DNA of 54,039 nt. It comes from Thermodesulfobacteriota bacterium. Its GTDB lineage: Bacteria; Desulfobacterota_D; UBA1144; Nemesobacterales; N074bin48. The DNA lies in the NCBI GenBank assembly GCA_041572575.1, contig JBFFSH010000005.1, forward strand, positions 1 to 54,039. Direction: 5' to 3'. A program made the position numbers and the translations under genes. The notes under the pieces are model-generated. The model had not been told where the DNA came from, did not search any database, and saw only the letters and a list, made by a program, of their open reading frames with translations. Below, piece after piece: positions 49,365 through 54,039 of this stretch (positions are counted from its first letter, which is position 1; each line of letters opens with the position of its first letter).

Positions 49365-49565
49365 TTAAATCTGTAGTTTTGACTGTTTTAATATTTGCTC
49401 ATCGAAATAACAGATTGGATACTGCCCGATGTAGTCTCCGCTCACAGCAAATGCTTTTGCCCTTGACTCTCAGCATACTGCGTTAAAAGAACATTCTCCG
49501 CATTTGCCGCGATAATCATGCGGCTTCCTTAATTCATTTAGTATAGGATGCTTGGTGTACAATAT
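49365..49565 (-). pseudogene. Remnant C-terminal SPASM domain of a radical SAM enzyme (NirJ/Ahb-like)
   Basis: Minus-strand translation ILYTKHPILNELRKPHDYRGKCGECSFNAVC*ESRAKAFAVSGDYIGQYPICYF; internal TGA at 49470-49472; no N-terminal part. Confidence 0.8.
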
Positions 49566-49620
49566 TGGAACAATGAGGGACGTAGATCAGCCTGTCCCTC
49601 CTATTATGCTTAAATTATTG

Positions 49621-50010
49621 CTATTTTGCCTGACATTTACAAAGATCAGACCTTATAAAAGCTACTACATTCCATACGTCCTGTTCTGAAAGCATCCCAC
49701 CCCAAGCAGGCATGAGTGCAGACTTGCCGACTGCTGCGCCGCCATCGTTTATTACCTTAAACAGATGTTCGTCAGAAAGAGTGGATACATACTCAGCGCT
49801 GCTCAAATTCCTTGGTTTAGGATCGAGAGCTGCTGAGGCCACTCCGTCTCCTTTGCCGGTAACGCCATGGCAAGACGCACAGGTGGCAACATATGACTCT
49901 TTGCCCTTTGCTGCATCACCTTTACCTTCGGCAGATGCAATGAGGGAGACACTGAAAACGGCTATTAAAACAAACACTCCTAGTAACTTGAAATTGTTAA
50001 ACACAATCAA
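49621..50010 (-). CDS. Periplasmic monoheme cytochrome c
   Basis: Signal peptide, CASCHG..G.GDG, PRNL, MPAW; AAGGAGG RBS (start may be GTG at 50004). Confidence 0.93.
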   Translation of the reverse strand: MIVFNNFKLLGVFVLIAVFSVSLIASAEGKGDAAKGKESYVATCASCHGVTGKGDGVASAALDPKPRNLSSAEYVSTLSDEHLFKVINDGGAAVGKSALMPAWGGMLSEQDVWNVVAFIRSDLCKCQAK

Positions 50011-50264
50011 ACACCTCCTTTAATAATTGATAATGATATAATTTTATTGTCGATCATTAAACTGATGTTATTTATATAAACAACTATATTAATATAAAGT
50101 TTCAGAATATATGAGATAAAACAAAACTCTTAATATTAATAAGAAGATTTTGTAAGATTTGTAATAATAAATAACTTTTATCTACATACTACCGACAAAT
50201 TATTTAATGGATGTCAACTTGCTATCAGCATGCAAATAAAGCATATATTGCTCTGTGGATCTGG

Positions 50265-50281
50265 TGTCAGATATGCTGATA
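50265..50281. promoter_or_regulatory. Putative sigma54-activator binding site
   Basis: TGTCAGATATGCTGATA, about 125 bp upstream of the sigma54 promoter; matches 32875-32891. Confidence 0.5.
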
Positions 50282-50404
50282 TCTTACAATATTAGATTTA
50301 TAATCTCCTTGTTTTCTATATAGTTTACAATATAATCTAATTCCTTAAATGAGTGACTACTCACTACTCTAAGCAAGTCAAATATTACACATATCCTATG
50401 CCCC

Positions 50405-50420
50405 TGGCATATATTTTGCA
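50405..50420 (+). promoter_or_regulatory. Sigma54 promoter upstream of ccmCDEF
   Basis: TGGCAT-ATATT-TTGCA. Confidence 0.75.
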
Positions 50421-50593
50421 ATCAAATTAGTTAATATAATGTCTATTGACTATTGAAATATTAAGGAATATTGAAAGAAGAAATAAATTTCTATCTTAAC
50501 AATTTATATTTGTAGTAGATACATTTTTATTGTATTTATGATACTTTTAATAAAAACAATAAATTTAATAAATAACAATAAAATTAATAGACT

Positions 50594-51250
50594 ATGAAAA
50601 TATTAATGGGATTTAGTATCTTAAGCATGATTACCACTCTATACACTTCTTTTATCTATGCACCCAATGAAAGTATCATGGGACCAATTCAGAGGATTTT
50701 TTATTTCCATATGGGAACCGTGTGGGTCGCTACAGTAGCTTTTACAGTCGTATTTATAGCCAGTATTCAGTATCTCAGAAAACAAAGCAGGTGGTGGGAT
50801 ATACTGGCTTACTGTTCGGCAGAAATTGGAGTGCTCTTCATTACGCTTACTATTATAACCGGCAGCATATGGGCAAAACCTGTATGGGGCACCTGGTGGA
50901 CCTGGGACCCACAGCTCACAACTACGTTTATATTGTGGATTCTATACATTGCATATTTAATATTAAGATCTGTTGCTGGAAATGATTCTTCAAAAGCCAA
51001 ATTTGCAGCGGTATTTGCAATAATCGCATATATAGATTTACCTTTAGTGTATATTTCTGCTAGACTTATGAGAGGCATATCTCCGGTTGTTTTTGGCTCT
51101 GGCGGAGGGGGCATAGATTCAAAGATGATGGTTGCGTTATTATTTGCGATTTTTGCATTTACTTTTATATATATAATATTACTGATACACAGAATGGAAT
51201 TTGAAAAGATTCAAGATAAATTAATACAATTTAAGTCAAAGGAGATATAG
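50594..51250 (+). CDS. ccmC: Heme exporter CcmC
   Basis: IFYFH; WWD motif GSIWAKPVWGTWWTWDP. Confidence 0.93.
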   Translation: MKILMGFSILSMITTLYTSFIYAPNESIMGPIQRIFYFHMGTVWVATVAFTVVFIASIQYLRKQSRWWDILAYCSAEIGVLFITLTIITGSIWAKPVWGTWWTWDPQLTTTFILWILYIAYLILRSVAGNDSSKAKFAAVFAIIAYIDLPLVYISARLMRGISPVVFGSGGGGIDSKMMVALLFAIFAFTFIYIILLIHRMEFEKIQDKLIQFKSKEI

Positions 51251-51252
51251 CT

Positions 51253-51387
51253 ATGGTTTACCTGTTTTGGTCTCAGATGATAGTCTGGGCCTTATTGCTC
51301 GGTTATGTTTTTTTCCTGGATAGAAAGGCCTCGGGCTTAAAGAAGCAAATGGATATTATCGAAAGCTCACAAAAAAGTGAGAATTAG
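51253..51387 (+). CDS. ccmD: CcmD-like small membrane protein, 44 aa, absent from the ORF track
   Basis: AGGAG RBS; MVYLFWSQMIVWALLLGYVFFLDRKASGLKKQMDIIESSQKSEN; lies between ccmC and ccmE. Confidence 0.8.
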   Translation: MVYLFWSQMIVWALLLGYVFFLDRKASGLKKQMDIIESSQKSEN

Positions 51388-51422
51388 AATGATTATATGC
51401 TATAAATTATGGAGATTCTGAT

Positions 51423-51836
51423 ATGCTAAAAGGTAAAGGAAAATTTATTGTAACTATCGGTATTATAGCCGTTTCTATAACATATCTTGTGTTTGCGGGT
51501 GTTAAAGAAACAATGGTTTACTATTTAACACTTGATGAGCTCAAGCAAAGAACCCCGGCAGTGTATGAAGAAAAGGTAAGAGTATCTGGATCTGTGGTTG
51601 AGGGCTCTATAACAAATGATACAGACGGAAATCTGGGCTTTAAGATAACAGACGGCAATCATGTTATAAAGGTCGAATACAAAGGCATTGTGCCCGATGT
51701 TTTCAGGGGCGGCGTAGAAGCAGTAGTAGAAGGTTTATATAAACCTGATAACACATTCAAAGCAGATTTACTGCTTGCAAAATGTCCAACCAAGTATGAG
51801 TCTACGGAGTCATTAGAAAAGGGTAATAGCACATAA
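51423..51836 (+). CDS. ccmE: Heme chaperone CcmE, Cys variant
   Basis: VYYLT, VRVSG.V, Y.G.VPD.F, VVEG, LLAKCPTKY. Confidence 0.93.
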   Translation: MLKGKGKFIVTIGIIAVSITYLVFAGVKETMVYYLTLDELKQRTPAVYEEKVRVSGSVVEGSITNDTDGNLGFKITDGNHVIKVEYKGIVPDVFRGGVEAVVEGLYKPDNTFKADLLLAKCPTKYESTESLEKGNST

Positions 51837-51837
51837 G

Positions 51838-53844
51838 ATGGCAGAAACTGGCAATATCTCCATTTTTCTATCCTTTGTTATTTCAATTTATGCGATAATT
51901 GCGTCGGTTGTCGGTGTCAAAACAAGAAATAGAACCCTAATTCATAGCGCCAGCAATGGCGCTATTGCTATATTTGCTCTACTGATTATAGCAACAATAT
52001 CACTGTTGGTTTCTCTTATTAATCTTGATTTTAGTCTTAAGTTTGTCGCATTAAATACAAGTACCGACCTTTCGCCAATATACAGATTTACGGCTCTGTG
52101 GGCGGGTCAATCAGGATCACTTCTGCTTTGGTCTTTGGTTCTTGCAGGCTATACTTTTTTTGTAGTCAAACAGTACAGGAATAGAGACAATCATTTTATC
52201 CCATATGTAATAGCCATACTTTGTGCCGTATCGGCGTTTTTTCTTTTCCTCATTGCATTTATTGAAAACCCTTTCGAAAAGCTTCCATATGTACCAACCG
52301 AGGGTAGAGGGCTCAATCCAATTTTGCAAAATGCATACATGGCAATACATCCGGTAACCTTGTATTTAGGTTATGTAGGAGTAACTGTGCCGTTTGCATT
52401 TGCAATGGGAGCGCTGCTCAGCGGTAAATTAAATGATGACTGGATCAAACTTTCAAGAAAATGGGCGTTGATATCCTGGGCGTTTTTAAGCATCGGACTT
52501 TTGCTCGGTGCAAGATGGGCTTATCTGGAGCTGGGATGGGGTGGATACTGGGCATGGGATCCTGTAGAAAATGCGGCTTTCATGCCGTGGCTTACAGCGA
52601 CTGCTTTCGTGCATTCTGTAATGATTCAAGAAAAAAAGGGGATGTTAAAGAAGTGGACTATTTCACTTATAATAATAACTTTTATGCTCTCAATATTCGG
52701 TACTTTTATAACCAGAAGCGGTATTATCTCTTCAGTTCATTCTTTTGCCCAGTCCAACATAGGCCCACTGTTTTTGGTGTTTTTATCCATCACGCTTTTA
52801 TTTTCGTCGTCAGTATTCTTTTACAGGTTAAAAAGTCTGAATAGCGAAAACAAATTCGACTCGATTCTTTCTAGAGAAAGCGCCTTTATATTTAACAACC
52901 TATTGTTTTTGGGGGCCGCCTTTACCGTATTTCTAGGTACATTTTTTCCGATTTTAACAGAAGCCATAAAAGGCGAAAAAATTCTTGTGGGCTCTTCCTA
53001 TTTCAACAAGGTTAATGTGCCAATAGGTCTAGTTCTGATATTCCTTATGGGAATCGGACCGCTTATATCATGGAGAAAAGCATCTAAGAAGAACTTAATA
53101 AACAATTTTCTTTATCCATCGATCTTGGGAATTTTGACCATAGTTTTGCTTGTTATCCTTGGCATCAGGGATGTTAAGGCCATTGCTTCTTATTCACTAT
53201 GTAGCTTTGTTTTTGGCACAATACTCTTTGAGTTCATTAAAGGTACTAAGGTCAGATCTTCTAGAGGAGAAAACTATTTGTTGGCTTTTGTTAAGCTAGT
53301 ATCACGAAACAAGAGAAGGTACGGAGGATACATAGTACATCTGGGAGTTATTTTAATAGTCATAGGAATTACTTCCTCTTCAGTATTTGTAGATGTCAAA
53401 GAAGCCTCTCTTAATCCCGGTGAGAAATTCGATGTTGGGGCCTATACCATAAAATACGATGGCATAAATCAGTATACATCTGATGCCAAATACGGTACTA
53501 CTGCTAATCTTACTATATATAAAAACGATAAATATGCTGGCACATTGCATCCTGAAAAAAATATATACAAGTATGAAGGAAACAGAGAAATCAACCAGGA
53601 AACCGAGGTTGCTTTAAGATCAACTTTTACAGATGATTTATATATCATTTTATCAAATTTCGATCAGGCAGGACGTGCAAGCTTTAGGGCTCTGATAAAC
53701 CCCATGGTAAGCTGGATATGGGCAGGCAGCCTCGTTCTAATTTTAGGGGCTATTGTAACGGTATTACCCGAACATAAGCTAAGAGCACAAGAATCTTCTG
53801 TTACTTACTCATTTAAAGATAAGGGCAATTTGGCCAAGGTCTAA
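51838..53844 (+). CDS. ccmF: Heme lyase CcmF
   Basis: WAGQSGSLLLW, GLNPILQ, IHP, WAYLELGWGGYWAWDPVEN, TRSG..SVHSFA. Confidence 0.96.
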   Translation: MAETGNISIFLSFVISIYAIIASVVGVKTRNRTLIHSASNGAIAIFALLIIATISLLVSLINLDFSLKFVALNTSTDLSPIYRFTALWAGQSGSLLLWSLVLAGYTFFVVKQYRNRDNHFIPYVIAILCAVSAFFLFLIAFIENPFEKLPYVPTEGRGLNPILQNAYMAIHPVTLYLGYVGVTVPFAFAMGALLSGKLNDDWIKLSRKWALISWAFLSIGLLLGARWAYLELGWGGYWAWDPVENAAFMPWLTATAFVHSVMIQEKKGMLKKWTISLIIITFMLSIFGTFITRSGIISSVHSFAQSNIGPLFLVFLSITLLFSSSVFFYRLKSLNSENKFDSILSRESAFIFNNLLFLGAAFTVFLGTFFPILTEAIKGEKILVGSSYFNKVNVPIGLVLIFLMGIGPLISWRKASKKNLINNFLYPSILGILTIVLLVILGIRDVKAIASYSLCSFVFGTILFEFIKGTKVRSSRGENYLLAFVKLVSRNKRRYGGYIVHLGVILIVIGITSSSVFVDVKEASLNPGEKFDVGAYTIKYDGINQYTSDAKYGTTANLTIYKNDKYAGTLHPEKNIYKYEGNREINQETEVALRSTFTDDLYIILSNFDQAGRASFRALINPMVSWIWAGSLVLILGAIVTVLPEHKLRAQESSVTYSFKDKGNLAKV

Positions 53845-53927
53845 AATCTCTTGCTACCTACACAGATTCAGGAGGAGTGAACAGCTTGAGTAGTGTATAT
53901 CTGATGTACTGCATATAAGTTTAACTA

Positions 53928-53957
53928 TTGACTTGAATTAAAGAGCTTCTTTATAAT
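53928..53957 (+). promoter_or_regulatory. Possible sigma70 promoter for a gene beyond the window
   Basis: TTGACT-18nt-TATAAT in AT-rich DNA. Confidence 0.4.
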
Positions 53958-54039
53958 TTAAATAGATAAAAAAGTGTTTTAGTAATCTATAAGAATTAAA
54001 TCTTAACAATAATATTATAGAAACGATTAAGATGGTTGA

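Noticed and set aside
49470-49472. TGA as selenocysteine in the SPASM fragment
   Set aside because: It aligns with Gly of CGG, not with a Cys, and the fragment has no start or catalytic domain

Overview
AT-rich bacterial chromosomal window; a Desulfobacterota/'Ca. Dadabacteria'-like origin is a tentative impression only. The left part holds housekeeping genes (proS partial, pyrF, clpB, speD, trxA), a MazEF-type TA pair, MFS and RND transporters, a WG-repeat lipoprotein and ferritin. Next come a GAF-sigma54 activator facing a sigma54-driven STAS + ECF-sigma pair, a permuted flavin-reductase/membrane-polyferredoxin fusion, and a FIST(NosP-like) histidine-kinase cluster. The middle accessory region has a nucleotidyltransferase + RHH TA-like pair with a perfect 14-bp operator, a sigma54-driven YeeE/YedE pair, and a TetR-flanked operon (membrane protein, fatty-acid hydroxylase/desaturase, GH3 amido synthetase, enolase-superfamily enzyme), the best candidate for an undescribed pathway. 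It also has a HEPN-like orphan and a lone BppU-like phage gene. A 3'-half tRNA-Arg(CCT) copy at about 41.1 kb, with repeats beside it, marks a probable att boundary. To its right lie a System I* cytochrome c maturation cluster (ccmA, B, C, D, E with CxxxY, F), two cytochromes c, a decayed radical-SAM SPASM fragment, and an M28 peptidase plus a nonsense-interrupted TolB-like gene. All calls rest on motifs recognised by eye; no searches were run.
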